Below, one piece after another: positions 36,549 through 48,409 of a stretch of DNA of 64,000 nt (within the stretch, counting starts at the first letter, position 1; the number at the start of each line of letters is the position of its first letter). The translations under genes were made by a program, and so were the position numbers. Source of the stretch: Heterodontus francisci. Its lineage: Eukaryota. The stretch spans positions 103,105,692 through 103,169,691 of the forward strand of contig NC_090373.1 in assembly GCF_036365525.1 (NCBI RefSeq), given 5' to 3'. The notes under the pieces are model-generated. The model was not told the origin of the DNA and did not search any database. It saw only the letters and a program-made list of their open reading frames with translations.

Positions 36549-38174
36549 GTGAAGTAGTGGGAATGAAATTGTTGACAAGGGTACAGAGTTTGTGATGGGG
36601 CCAAAAACGATTATTTTCGTCTTCCTAATGTTAAGCTAGAGGAAATTGTGGCTTATCAAAGATTGGATGTCCGACAAGCATTCTGGCAACACAGAAGCTA
36701 AATGCTGCTCAGTAAAATGAGGATCTATTGACATTTTCTGTCCTTCACGTTCACTGTTTAATTTGAGGATTCACTGAAGGTACTGTTTGGGTTGTCACAC
36801 AAGTTTAAGTGATGCCCCATTTGTCACGTAATATTACACTGACAGTACTATCAACAACAGCAACAATTTGCATTTATATACTGTCTGTAATGTAGCAATG
36901 CAGCTGTATTACCCCTGGAATTCTGAGATCACTCATTGGCATAGAATTTGGGTCATGCCTGAATCGGAGTGTGATGCCAGCAGTAAGACTATGGCCAATT
37001 AGTCTGCTGTCCTGAGTGGGATCATATGCATGAGCTGGAGATATCAGTTGCACCCACAAAAGCGCCAGCTAGGAATGGCAGGGTCCGCAGTATTTGCTGG
37101 CTGGGATGCTGGCTAAGGACCTAAGATGCGTCTGGGATCTTGTTCCTCCTGGCTTCATTCAGGAAAAATATTATTTTAAAAATTTACTTTTTTCGTGGTG
37201 ATCCTCTGTGATTTCTTTATGGACTGCTGATTAGGTCTTGTGTGGACCTGGTAATTCTGAACATCATAGATCCAACATTCAGGGCAAACCAATACCAATT
37301 AAAACAGGTGTCAGGCCCTGTATTAACATGTTCAAGGGAATAATGTCTGTTTGAGTTGGCAACCAAGGATATTCCTCCAGCACCTGAACCAGTATCGCGT
37401 TGGACATATTTCTGATACTATATGAGCTTGGCAGGCTGGCCTCCTATATTGGACCTCTGTGCACCTGTCTTCTGCCTGGAAAAATAGTGCAAGGAGGCCC
37501 AATTACAGCTCCACTATTTTAAAAAATTATTGGTTATTATATTTTTACTGCTTTTATTCAGATAGAATGATCCTGTTATGCTAGTAAAGAGAATATTGAA
37601 TAACTGGGATTAAATCCAAAGTAGTAATCTAATCAACTGATTTCTATGATAAAAGCTCAAGCATTTTACTGCACTTGTCTCTATCACGATTGTTTTTGAG
37701 TCTTAAAATTACTCTTTGGGACTTGTTGTTTACAATGTACATCCGTTCTACTTAATGTGGAGTTTTATTAAATTTTGTCTTTGGTAGGAACATGCACTGT
37801 CAGCAGTTATTGATGCAAATAGTATTTGTCACACAAGAGGAGTAGCTCACATAAGAGGGCTAACAATTGCTCAGCTGGCTAGAATATTATGTGATAAAGA
37901 AATCCAATGTGCCACTGTTACTCACTATAATAACTCACTTATGGCCTACAGAACCACTTCTATTTGTTTGTCTTGGCTGCTGATACTCTAGAATCCACCC
38001 TGTTTATGTTGTGTGGAGGACAGCAACACAAAAAAAAAATAACTGCACACACACAGCAGTTGTTTAAATGTTGTGGCTGTGACTGACATTTTCTGGCTGT
38101 GGGCCTTTTCTGATGACTGGTGAAGGTCTGTGAAATGTGAAAACTATGCAATCGGTCTATAAAGGCAGGCTGAC

Positions 38175-38746
38175 CTCTAAGCCCACCAACAGCTAAAATA
38201 AATTATGACTTATGACATCCAGCACCACTAACAGCAGCTGTTTGTGCAATTTCACGTATGTTATAGTAAAGTTAGAGATGCACAACCCTGCAGCCAACTG
38301 CATTAGATTTGCTTTAGGATTGGCTACATCTCAGTCTTATCCTTTTCCCAACTGAACAGCTTGGCTACTAATTCGTTATCATGTAAATCACTTAATTTCC
38401 ATATGCTGATGTTGGATACACGAGCCGCTGTTTGGCTAAGAGCATATTCATTATTTTGACAATCCCATGAACAGAGGCACTCTTGCCTTTCATATACTGA
38501 TTTGTCCATATCAGATATGAGTGTTCCAGCATCTGGGTAAATCCTCTAACATGTAAATCTTCTTTTGGTTATTGATTTGTAGTGATCTCTAGTTTGCCTT
38601 GATCTAGAGTTACTGCATACCAGCACTTCCCCAACAGTGCCCTGAGCTCTCTTTCAGACCAGCAAATGTTTGCTTTGTGTCCCATCTTATTGCATCTGTT
38701 TTATTTAATTTCCTTGAATTGTTCATCTATGATCTTCATGGCTTCA
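38175..38746 (-). pseudogene. Candidate decayed coding exon
   Basis: Acceptor gtctttgtcag|; frame EAMKIIDEQFKEIK*NRCNKMGHKANICWSERELRALLGKCWYAVTLDQGKLEITTNQ*PKEDLH...; possible donor GAG|GTCAGC; 3' boundary uncertain. Confidence 0.3.
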
Positions 38747-38904
38747 CTGACAAAGACTTACAGGGTAAAGCTGAATGATTGATTCAGTGACTCCCCCAAA
38801 CAGTCAGTGTGAGGCATTCACCTTCCCACCTTATCACATACCATTGCAATATGATTAGTTTGTTTGGCCTGCAGCCTTCTTTTTTCAGCTTTAAATATCA
38901 GCTT

Positions 38905-39122
38905 GGTGCACTGGTAGTGCTCTTCCCTCAGAGTGAGAGGTGAATTGTCCAAATTCCGCTCCAGAAACTTTAGCACCTAGCATAGGCTGACACTTCAGTT
39001 CAGTAATGTGGAAGTGTTGCACTGTAGGAGAATCTGTCTCTCAGATAAGATGTTAAGGTGAGACCCTGCCTACCAATTCAGCTGGATGGTGCTATTTCAA
39101 GGAAAACAGCAAATTCCCTGGC
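38905..39122 (+). mobile_element. DeuSINE-like element
   Basis: taggctgacacttcagttcagtaatgtggaagtgttgcactgtaggag...cagataagatgttaa resembles the Deu domain as I recall it. Confidence 0.65.
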
Positions 39123-39345
39123 GACGACTGAATAGTTAAGAGTGGAAGAAGGCCAGAGCAGTTCCACCCAGCTGGACAACAAAGGAGAGGCACTGGAGGA
39201 GGATGGCGTGGTTAACTATGTCAAAGGTCAAGAAGGATAAGGAGAAGTAGTGCATTATGGTCTCAGTCACAGAAGATGTCATTTATGAAATAAAAACAGA
39301 AAATGCAGGTCAGGCAGGATCTTTGGAGACAGAAACAGAGTTAAT

Positions 39346-40103
39346 GGGCTGAATTTTACTCTTGGCGAATGGGAGCCATCCACCGACTGAAAAGTCGGTG
39401 GCGAATACGCCTCCGCCTGGCCAGGAGATCTGGCCCGCATTTTACGGTCCTCAGGCCTTTAATTGATCTGAGGTGGGACTTCCACCTCATTGAGGCAGGA
39501 AGTCTCGCCTAATGGAGCTGCCGGCCAATCAGCGGGACGGCAGCTCTCTGTCCCAGCAGCGCCACCGGGAATGGTGGCCACAGCTGGGACTGCAACCCAG
39601 CCATCGGAAGGAAGATGAAAGACAGCCCCGGAACAATGTTAGGTTTTCGGGGCCTCACCAGCAGTGATTGGTTGGGCCCCAGCAAGGCAAGGGTGGTTGC
39701 CTGGTGGGTTGGGGGGGCGTGTTGGGGGTAGTTGGGACATCGGGGGCTGCCCTCCATTGGACACAGGGTGCCTGATCATAAGGGACCCCCCCCTCAATGC
39801 CATCAGAAAGCGCCTGCATTTGTCAGGCGGCTTTTCTTGGGCCTGGGCCGCCCGACCAGCCAAGGGTAAAATCCCCGTGGTTGCAGGCAGAAGCCCTTAA
39901 GTGCCCGTTAACTGGCTACTTAAGGGCCTTGATTGGCCTAGGGCAGGTGGGCCATTTCACACCACTGCCGACCTGCATAAAGTCTCAGCGGAGGCGGGAG
40001 CAGGTCGGAAAGGGCCCCCTGAGCCTCCCACTCCATTCTACACCCCATCACACCCTTGCCACATTCCTGCTCTTTGGTGGGGGGGGGCAGTAAAATTCAG
40101 CCC
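39346..40103. mobile_element. Harbinger-type MITE with AAT TSD
   Basis: aat|GGGCTGAATTTTAC ... GTAAAATTCAGCCC|aat, perfect 14-bp TIR. Confidence 0.92.
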
Positions 40104-40411
40104 AATATTTGAGGTCAATGATCTTTCAACAGAACAGGAAATATTTAGAGATGTAACAGATTTTAAGCAAGGATATAGAAAGAGAAAGAGGGGAACGAAA
40201 GGAAACAACAAAAGGGAAGGTCTGTGATAGGGTGGACAGCAGGCAGGATTAAATGACAAAAGGCATATTGGTGCAAGGAGATGGGAATGGGACAAGTAAA
40301 GAAACAAAGGATGGCTTTAGCGGAGGTGTAAATTGGAATGGCAGAAACATTACCAACAGCTGCAGCCCCAAAAAATGGAGGCAGAGATTATGATCTGAAA
40401 TTGTTGAACTC

Positions 40412-40821
40412 TTTTTTTATTCTTTCATGAGATGTGGGTTTCACTGGCAAGACCAATATTTTTGCCCATCTCTAATTTCCCTTGAATTGAGTGGCTTGCT
40501 AGGTGATTTCAGTAGACATTTAAAAGTCAACCACCTTGCTGTGGGTCTGGAGTCACATGCAGGCCAGACCAGGTAAGGACATCAGATTTCCTTCCTGAAA
40601 GAACATTAGTGAATCAAATGGGTTTTTACGACAATCGATAATAGTTTCATGGCACCATTACTGAGACTGGCTTTCAATTCCAGATTTTTTTAAAAATTAA
40701 TTAAATAAAAAATAAACTTAAATTCCAACAGCTGCCGTGGTGGGATTTGAACCCATGTCCCCAGGCTATTAGCCTATACCTCTAGATTACTAGTTCAATC
40801 CAATACGCCACCATCTCCCCA
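40412..40821 (-). mobile_element. SINE-B, full length
   Basis: Reverse complement of the 19464-19865 family; B-box gggttcaaatccc. Confidence 0.88.
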
Positions 40822-41038
40822 TAAGTTCAGTCTAGAAGGCTTAAAGTACCTAACAAAAATTGAGGTGCTGGTCCTCAAGTTTCCATTGAGCTTCATTAGT
40901 ACATTGTAGGAGGCTGAGGACAGAGAAGTCAGAGTGCGAGTGAGGAGGAGAACTAAAATGATAGGCAACCAGAATCTCATGGTCCCACTGACAGACTGAA
41001 CGGAGGTGTTCAGCAAAGCAATCACCCAATCTGCGTTT

Positions 41039-41996
41039 TGTTACGACTGGGTAAGGAAGGGGTCACATGATCCCCTCTTGGCCCTTTCCTCATTTGGCCA
41101 TAACAGGGCTTTTTCTTTCAACACAGGGTTTTTAGCTGAACCCCTCAGTGAGTCCTTGTTCATTGCTCTCTAATTGTAATTATAAATGAACCAAACAGAC
41201 AGGTTTTCTCAGGTTTAAAGAAGAACTACGCGATGCAACCACGCTAGCATGCATACGAGATAAACACACACACAAATAGATGCAGAGGGGGCAAAGAATT
41301 AAAAGGGGAAGTTTGGAGTAGTAAATGGAATTCAGTTACTGTCTTTGGTTTTGCTGTAAAGTCCTTGGTTGAAATTGCAGTCTTGTAGTTCTTGTTGGGG
41401 TCCAATGCATACTTTCAAACTTGCTTCTCTGGTACCAAAAGGCTGAAGAGGTCCTCTGTCTTGAGGCTTAAGCTACTTCCATGGGTCCCTGGGACTTTGC
41501 TTAAGAGAAAGACAGGGAGAGAGAGCTTCCTTCTCTTTGGTCTTCGAATTGTGTCTGACCCAAACCTTTCTGTGAGGCACAATTCAAACAGTTCCCAGTC
41601 TGGCCAGCAGGTAAGTCATGTGACCATCTCTTTGTTTGAAACAGCATCGTCTGCGAGTGTTGTTGATGCTCAAAGTTCTCCAGTCACACTCGGTGGGGTG
41701 TGCAGCTCTGGCTCTTACACAAAGAAGTTTGATTATTATGATTGCCCAGACCAAGCTTGTTAATTGAATCAGTGAACACTTCCATTGTCTCTCTATTCAA
41801 TTGTCTTTCGGAATGCAAATATGCAGCCATGTTTCAGATGTCCAACTCTGTGGTCTTTTTAAAAAAAGTTCTGTGTAATGCTCAGCAAAAGAGTTCAAGT
41901 AGTGTTCCATCTGACAAAATTAATGTTTCCATTTGGCAGGTATGGTTTCCGTCACATTTTGGTCTCCTTGGTGTCGAAGAGAATGCATCATGAGCA
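41039..41996 (-). mobile_element. Solo LTR (~950 bp)
   Basis: Begins TGTTACGAC on +; reverse-similar to 15461-15900 and 18040-18352; related to 63162-64000; right end approximate. Confidence 0.7.
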
Positions 41997-42019
41997 GCAA
42001 ATAATGTATACTAAATTGA

Positions 42020-42225
42020 AAGAAGTTATTTGTGGCCTTGATTAGAGCATTTTCAGTGCTGTGGCTGGGGCAGAAATCAGACTGGAGAAGTACAAACATG
42101 GAGTTGTTGGAAATGATGGGCACAGGTTTGGAAGGTGACACACTTTCAAGGACTTTGGAAAAGAAGTGGAGGTTGGAGATTTGGCAGTAATTTGTAAGGA
42201 TAGAGGAGTCAAGGGCAAGTATTAT
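42020..42225 (-). mobile_element. L2-type RT fragment
   Basis: Minus ORF NYCQISNLHFFSKVLE...LQSDFCPSHSTENALIK. Confidence 0.75.
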
Positions 42226-42455
42226 TGGATGACAACAACAATGATGCATTTTAATTTGGTACATTAATACCCATATTTTATTATCTTACAAGATTTAAAA
42301 TGTATTATTATTAGTTTGCATTGATATAGTGCATGAGCATATCAAAACTCTACAAAGCTTGCACATTTGGAGCGCAGTGACTTGTCAAGACAAATGTAAC
42401 ATTCATTGTTGTGCTGTCCTGGATCCTGTCAATTAATTAATTATTTTAATTAATT

Positions 42456-43848
42456 TAGAACATAGAACATAGAACAGTACAGCACAGTACAGACCCTTCG
42501 GCCCACGATGTTGTGCCGAACCTTTAACCTACTCTAAGATCAAACTACCTACCTACCCTTCATTCTACTGTCATCCATGTACCTATCCAAGAGTCGCTTA
42601 AATGTTCCTAATGTATCTGCTTCTACTACCACCGCTGGCAGCGCATTCCACGCACCCACCACTCTCTGTGTAAAGAACCTACCTCTGACATCTCCCCGAA
42701 ACCTTCCTACAATCACCTTAAAATTATGCCCCCTGGTGATAGCCCTTTCTGCCCTGGGAAAAAGTCTCTGGCTATCCACTCTATCTATGCCTCTCATCAT
42801 CTTGTACCCCTCTATCAAGTCACCTCTCATCCTTCTTTGCTCCAATGAGAAAGGCCCTAGCTCCCTCAATCTTTCTTCGTAAGACATGCCCTCCAGTCCA
42901 GGCAGCATCCTGGTAAATCTCCTCTGCACCCTCTCTAAAGCTTCCACATCCTTCCTATAATGAGGTGACCAGAACTGAACACAATATTCCAAGTGTGGTC
43001 GAACCAGGGCCTTATAGAGCTGCAGCATAACCTCGCGGCTCTTAAACTCAATCCCCCTGTTAATGAAAGCCAACACACCAAACGCCTTCTTAACAACCCT
43101 ATCAACTCGGGTGGCAACTTTGAGCAATCTATGGACATGGACCCCGAGATCCCTCTGTTCCTCCACACTACCAAGTATCCTGTCTTTAGGCCTGTATTCT
43201 GCATTCAAATTCGACCTTCCAAAATGAATCACTTCACACTTTTCCAGGTTGAACTGGAACTTCTCAGCCCAGCTCTGCATCCTGTCAATGTCCCATTGCA
43301 ACCTACAACAGCCTTCCACACCATCCACAACTCCAGCAATCTTCGTGTCATCGGCAAACTTGCTAACCCAGCCTTCCACTTCCTCATCCAAGTCATTTAT
43401 AAAAATCACAAAGAGCAGAGGTCCCAGAACAGATCCCTGCGGAACACCACTGGTCACCGAGCTCCATGCTGAATACTTTCCATCTACTACCACCCTCTGT
43501 CTCCTATGGGCCAGCCAATTTTGTATCCAGACAGCCAACTTTCCCTGTATCCCATGCCTCCTTACTTTCTGAATGAGCCTACCATGGGGAACCTTATCAA
43601 ACGCCTTGCTAAAATCCATATACACCACATCCACTGCTCTTCCTTCATCAATGTGTTTTGTCACATCTTCAAAGAATTCAATAAGGCTTGTGAGGCATGA
43701 CCTGCCCCTCACAAAGCCATGCTGACTGTCTCTAATCAAACCATGCTTTTCCAAATAATCATAAATCCTGTCTCTCAGAATCCTCTCCAATAATTTGCCC
43801 ACTACCGACGTAAGACTGACTGGTCGATAATTCCCAGGGTTATCCATA
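42456..43848 (-). mobile_element. Young 5'-truncated CR1 with possible TSD TTTAATTAATT
   Basis: (tagaaca)n tail; flanks 42445-42455 and 43849-43859 are identical. Confidence 0.95.
42549..43847 (-). CDS. CR1 ORF2 reverse transcriptase + C-terminal domain, uninterrupted 432 aa
   Basis: NYRPVSLTS, QHGF, YMDFSKAFD, GVPQGS, FADD and LEYCVQFW; no endonuclease domain. Confidence 0.85.
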   Translation of the reverse strand: MDNPGNYRPVSLTSVVGKLLERILRDRIYDYLEKHGLIRDSQHGFVRGRSCLTSLIEFFEDVTKHIDEGRAVDVVYMDFSKAFDKVPHGRLIQKVRRHGIQGKLAVWIQNWLAHRRQRVVVDGKYSAWSSVTSGVPQGSVLGPLLFVIFINDLDEEVEGWVSKFADDTKIAGVVDGVEGCCRLQWDIDRMQSWAEKFQFNLEKCEVIHFGRSNLNAEYRPKDRILGSVEEQRDLGVHVHRLLKVATRVDRVVKKAFGVLAFINRGIEFKSREVMLQLYKALVRPHLEYCVQFWSPHYRKDVEALERVQRRFTRMLPGLEGMSYEERLRELGPFSLEQRRMRGDLIEGYKMMRGIDRVDSQRLFPRAERAITRGHNFKVIVGRFRGDVRGRFFTQRVVGAWNALPAVVVEADTLGTFKRLLDRYMDDSRMKGR

Positions 43849-43938
43849 TTTAATTAATTAAATAAAATATTTGTATGACGTAGAAAATAACTATTTTAGT
43901 ACAATAATGTGCTTACAATTCCCTGTTTCTCTTTAAAG

Positions 43939-44480
43939 ATTCTGCATGAACCCAAATGTACTTTGGTTTGGAACAAATCCTTCACTGTAAACCAATCAGA
44001 GGACATATGTAAAATACATTTAAATGAGTGCAGAGAAAACCTAAAAGCAGAACAGGCTGTCTGTACTTGGCAAGGATCTGTCAAAATAGCAAAGACTATG
44101 CAAGTGTTAGAGATGTAAAACAATACTCTACAGATTGAGATGGGCGTTCCAGAAGAAATTACGAAAACGAGAAATGCCTGTTTGGTACAAGACAAAAGGA
44201 GGCATTTTAGGATATCAAAGAATAGGTTGAGGCCATTCTGAACATCAACAGTGTTTTCAACACCACCAAAGAAAGGATTAGTAAGAGCAGTAAGATTACC
44301 TTGTAAAAAGAAAACAACAGAAGCTTTCAACTATGAGATAAAACCACCTAATCCCCAAGAGAAGGATCAAGATAAAGGTTCACCACTCACATCTTCATGT
44401 GATTTTGACCAGAGATGTATTTGCAGGTCCAGTGGTTCAGATATAGGACCCTTTCCCAAATGATAACCAACGCAAATCAG
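43939..44480 (+). pseudogene. Candidate decayed 542-bp coding exon
   Basis: Acceptor ccctgtttctctttaaag| and donor CAG|GTAATA; one frame over 180 codons with stops only at 44116, 44239, 44461 and 44464; long antisense shadow ORF. Confidence 0.45.
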
Positions 44481-44787
44481 GTAATAACAGTATATATTTT
44501 GAATGTAATCTATTGGTCTGAATTTTCAGGGCCCCCTGAAGTTAGGAAAAGATGTGGGGTCCCCAAATATACTGGTGCCAGGCGGCGTATCAGTTTCAAG
44601 ATGCTGTTCCTGGCACCAGCTATAATCACCAGGTGGGGGAAGGGCATGACAGGAATCCTGCTCTCCTCCCAATTGAGGCCAATTAAAACAGTTTAAAAGT
44701 TCGTTCAGAGCTTGTCAAAGCTTGAAGTTGAAATTTTTACAGGGAGCAAGGGTAACAGGTAAAAGGAATAAAACTGAAAGGACCACC

Positions 44788-45136
44788 CGGCACAGTGGCG
44801 CAGTGATTAGCACCGCCACCTCACAGCTCCAGCGACCCGGGTTCAATTCTGGGCGCTGCCTGTGTGGAGTTTGCAAGTTCTCCCTGTGTCTGCGTGGGTG
44901 TCCTCCGGGTGCTCCGGTTTCCTCCCACAAGCCAAAAGACTTGCAGGTTGGTAGGTAAATTGGCCATTATAAAATGCCCCTAGTATAGGTAGGTGGTAGG
45001 GAAATATAGGGACAGGTGGGGATGTAGTAGGAATATGCGATTAGTGTAGGATTAGTATAAATGGGTGGTTGATGGTCGGCACAGACTCGGTGGGCCGAAG
45101 GGCCTGTTTCAGTGCTCTATCGCTAAACTAAACTAA
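44788..45136 (+). mobile_element. HE1-like V-SINE, young
   Basis: A-box gtggcgcagtga, B-box gggttcaattct, V-domain, CR1-type tail ending (ctaaa)n. Confidence 0.92.
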
Positions 45137-48020
45137 CCTAGGAACTGGAAACAACAACGGCAAACCCAGCCCTGTCGACCCTGCAAAGTCCTCCTTACTA
45201 ACATCTGGGAACTTATGCCAAAATTGGGAGAGCTGTCCCACAGACTAGTCAAGCAACAGCCTGACATAGACAGACACACGTAATCATACCTTGCAGACAA
45301 TGTCCCTGACACCACCATCACCATCCCTGGGTATGTCCTTCCCACCGGCAGGACAGACGCAGCAGAGCTGGTGGCACAATGGTAGACAGTCGTAAGTCAA
45401 CATTGATCCCAGACTCCATGACACCTCATGGCATCAGATCAAACATGGGCAAGGAAACATCCTGCTGATTAACAACTACTGCCCACCTGCCCCCCCCCGC
45501 CGACCCCCACCCTCGGCTGATGAATCAGTGCTTCTCCATGTTGAACGCCAATTGGAAGAAGCACTGAGGGTGGCAAGGGCACAAAATGTACTTTGGATGG
45601 GGGACTTCAATGTACATCACAACTATGGCTCGGTAGCACCACTACTGACAGAGCTGGCTGAGTCCTAAAAGACATAGCTGCTAGACTGGGGCTGCGGCAG
45701 GTGGTGAGGGAAGCAACAAGAGGGAAAAACCTACTTGACCTTGTCCTCACCAATCTACCTGTTGCAGATGCATCTGTCCATGACTGTATTGGTATGAGTT
45801 ACCACCGCACAGTGCTTGTGGAGACAAAGTCCCGTCTTCACATTGAGGGTACCCACCATCGTGTTGTGCGGCACTACCACCGTGCTAAATGGAATAGATT
45901 TGAAACAGATCTAGCAACTCAAAACTGGGCATCCATGAAGTGCTGTGGGCCATCAACAGCAGCAGAATTGTATTCAACCATAATCAGTAACCTCATGGCC
46001 CGGCATATCCCCCACTCTACCATTACTATCAAGCCGGGGGACCAGCCCTGGTTCAATGAAGAATGCAGGAGGGCATGCCAGAAGCAGCACGAGGCATACC
46101 TAAAAATGAGATGTCAGCCTGGTGAAGCTACAACACAGGACTACTTGCATGCCAAACAGCAAAAGTAGCATGCAATAGACAGAGCTAAGCAATCCCACAA
46201 CCAACGAATCAGATCTAAACTCTGCAGTCCTGCCACGTCCAGTCATGAATGGTGGTGGACAATTAAACAACTGATAGGAGGAGGAGCATCCACAAATATC
46301 CCCATCCTCAACAATGGGGGAGCCCAACACATCAGTGCCAAAGATAAGGCTGAAGCATTTGCATCCATCTTCAGCCAGAAGTACCGAATGGATGATTCAT
46401 CTCGGCCTCCTCCTGAGGTCCCCAGCATCACAGATGCCAGTCTTCAACCAATCCGATTTATTCCACATGATATCAAGAAACGACTGAAGGCACTGGATAC
46501 TACAAAGGCTATGGGGCCTGACAACATTCCGGCAATGGTACTGAAGACTTGAGCTCCAGAAATAGCTGCGCCCCTAGGCAAATTGTTCCAGTATAGCCAC
46601 AACACTGGCATCTACCCAGCAATGTGAAAAATTGCCCAGGTATGTCCTGCATACAAAAAGCAGGACAAGTCCAACCCAGACAATTACCTCCCGATCATCA
46701 GCCAAGTGATGGAACTGGTCGTCGACAGTGCTATCAAGCGGCACTTACTCAGCAATAACCTGCTCAGTGACACTCAGTTTGGGTTCCATCAGGGCCATTT
46801 ACCACCTGACCTCATTACAGCCTTGGTCCAAACATGGACAAAAGAGCTGAACTCCAGAGGTGAGGTGAGAGTGACAGCCCTTGACATCAAGGCAGCATTT
46901 GACCAAGTATGGCATCAAGTAACCCCAGCAAAACTGGGGTTAATGGGAATCGAGGAAAGCTCTGCTGGTTGGAGTCATATCTAGCGCAAAGGAAAATGGT
47001 TGTGGTTGTTGGAGGTCAATCATGTCAGTCCCAAGACATCACTGCAGGAGTTCCTCAGGTTGGTGTCCTAGGCCAAACCATTTTCAGCTGCTTCATCAAT
47101 GACCTTCCCTCCATCATAAGGTCAGAAGTGGGGATGTTTGCTGATGATTGCACAATCTTCAGCTCCATTCATGACTCCGCAGGTACTGAAGCAGCCCATG
47201 TCCAAATGCAGCAAGACCTGGACAACATCTAATAAGTGGCAAGTAACATTCGTGCCACAGAAGTACCAGGGAATGTCCCTCTCTGACAAGAGTGAATCTA
47301 ACCATCTCCCCATGACATTCAATGGCATTACCATTGCGGAATACCCCACTATCAACATCTTGGGGGCTACCATTGACCAGAAACTGAACTGAGCCAGCCA
47401 CATAAATACTGTGGCTACAAGAGCTGGTCAGAGGCTGCTGAATTCTGTGGTGAGTAACTCACCTCCTGACTCCTCACCATCTACAAGGCACACATCAGGA
47501 GTGGGATGGAATGCTCTCCACTTGCCTGGATGAGTGCAGCTCCAACAACACTCAAGAAGCTCAGCATCATCCATAACAAAGCAGCCCACCTGATTGGCAC
47601 CCCATCCACAACCTTCAACATCCACTCCCTCTACCACCGATGCACAGTGGCAGCAGTGTGTACCATATAGAAGATACACTGCAGCAACTCACCAAGTCTC
47701 CTTCGACAGCACCTTCAAAACCCCTGACCTCTACCTCCTGGAAGGGCAAGGCAGCAGATGCATGGGAACACCACCACCTGCAAGTTCCCCTCCAAGTCAC
47801 ACACCATCCTGACTTGGAACTATATCGCTGTCCTTCACTGTCATTTGCTCAAACTCCTGGAACGCCCTTCCTAACAGCACTATGGGTGTACCTATATCCC
47901 AAGGACTGTGGCTGTTCAAGAAGGCAGTTCACCACCACCTTCTCAAGGGCAAGTAGGGATGAGCAATAAATGCTGGCCTAGCCAGCGATGCCCAAATCCC
48001 ATGAAGGAATAAAAAAAAAA
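45137..48020 (+). mobile_element. LINE-B (CR1-like non-LTR retrotransposon): near-complete ORF2 + 3' UTR + poly-A, decayed
   Basis: Endonuclease motifs GDFNVH and LLDLVLTN; RT motifs QFGF, LDIKAAFD, GVPQ and MFADD; several stops and frameshifts. Confidence 0.9.
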
Positions 48021-48409
48021 GCCTTCTGAAACAAATCAGCTGAAATCAGGGGGTTAAGAGTGGCGAGCCAGTCATGGATGCCTCAGGGTATCAGCACGGT
48101 CCCATTAAAACATCAGCGGGGCAAAGAGGGACTCAGTTCTTGGTAGGCGGTGCCTTTGGCGCTGTGCAGGTGATAGGGAGAGTGGGCATTCAGTGACGGG
48201 GCATTCAATGCGGTTGACATCCCCTGGAATTGTGGGGGCAGAAGAGCAGGGGGCAAGGCTGTCAAGAACAGTTGGGCAGCCACCTTCCCAGAAGAAAGGC
48301 TGCAGCTGGCAATGGGACACGGCTCTCAGAATTTGGGCCCAGTGGTGATATGGGGCAACATCCTCATCCGGAAGAGTGGAACCCTGAGCAGCAGGAGGGC
48401 ATGGGAGAG

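Larger units (their letters stand above)
39288..41038 (-). mobile_element. Penelope-like element 3' part (GIY-YIG C-terminus + terminal repeat), interrupted by a MITE and SINE-B
   Basis: Minus strand 41038-40825 reads KRRLGDCFAEHLRSV...VAYHFSS..HSHSD; terminal segment like 10990-11110. Confidence 0.8.

Noticed and set aside
36915-37512. Possible old TIR element (ctggaattc ... caattacagctcc)
   Set aside because: Termini too degenerate and no TSD, so it cannot be supported by eye.
43896-44330. 144-aa hydrophobic minus-strand ORF
   Set aside because: Best explained as the antisense shadow of the plus-strand exon-like frame; no recognisable domain.
44788-44860. tRNA-like sequences with A/B boxes (also in the other SINE heads)
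   Set aside because: They continue into SINE bodies and tails, so they are not tRNA genes.
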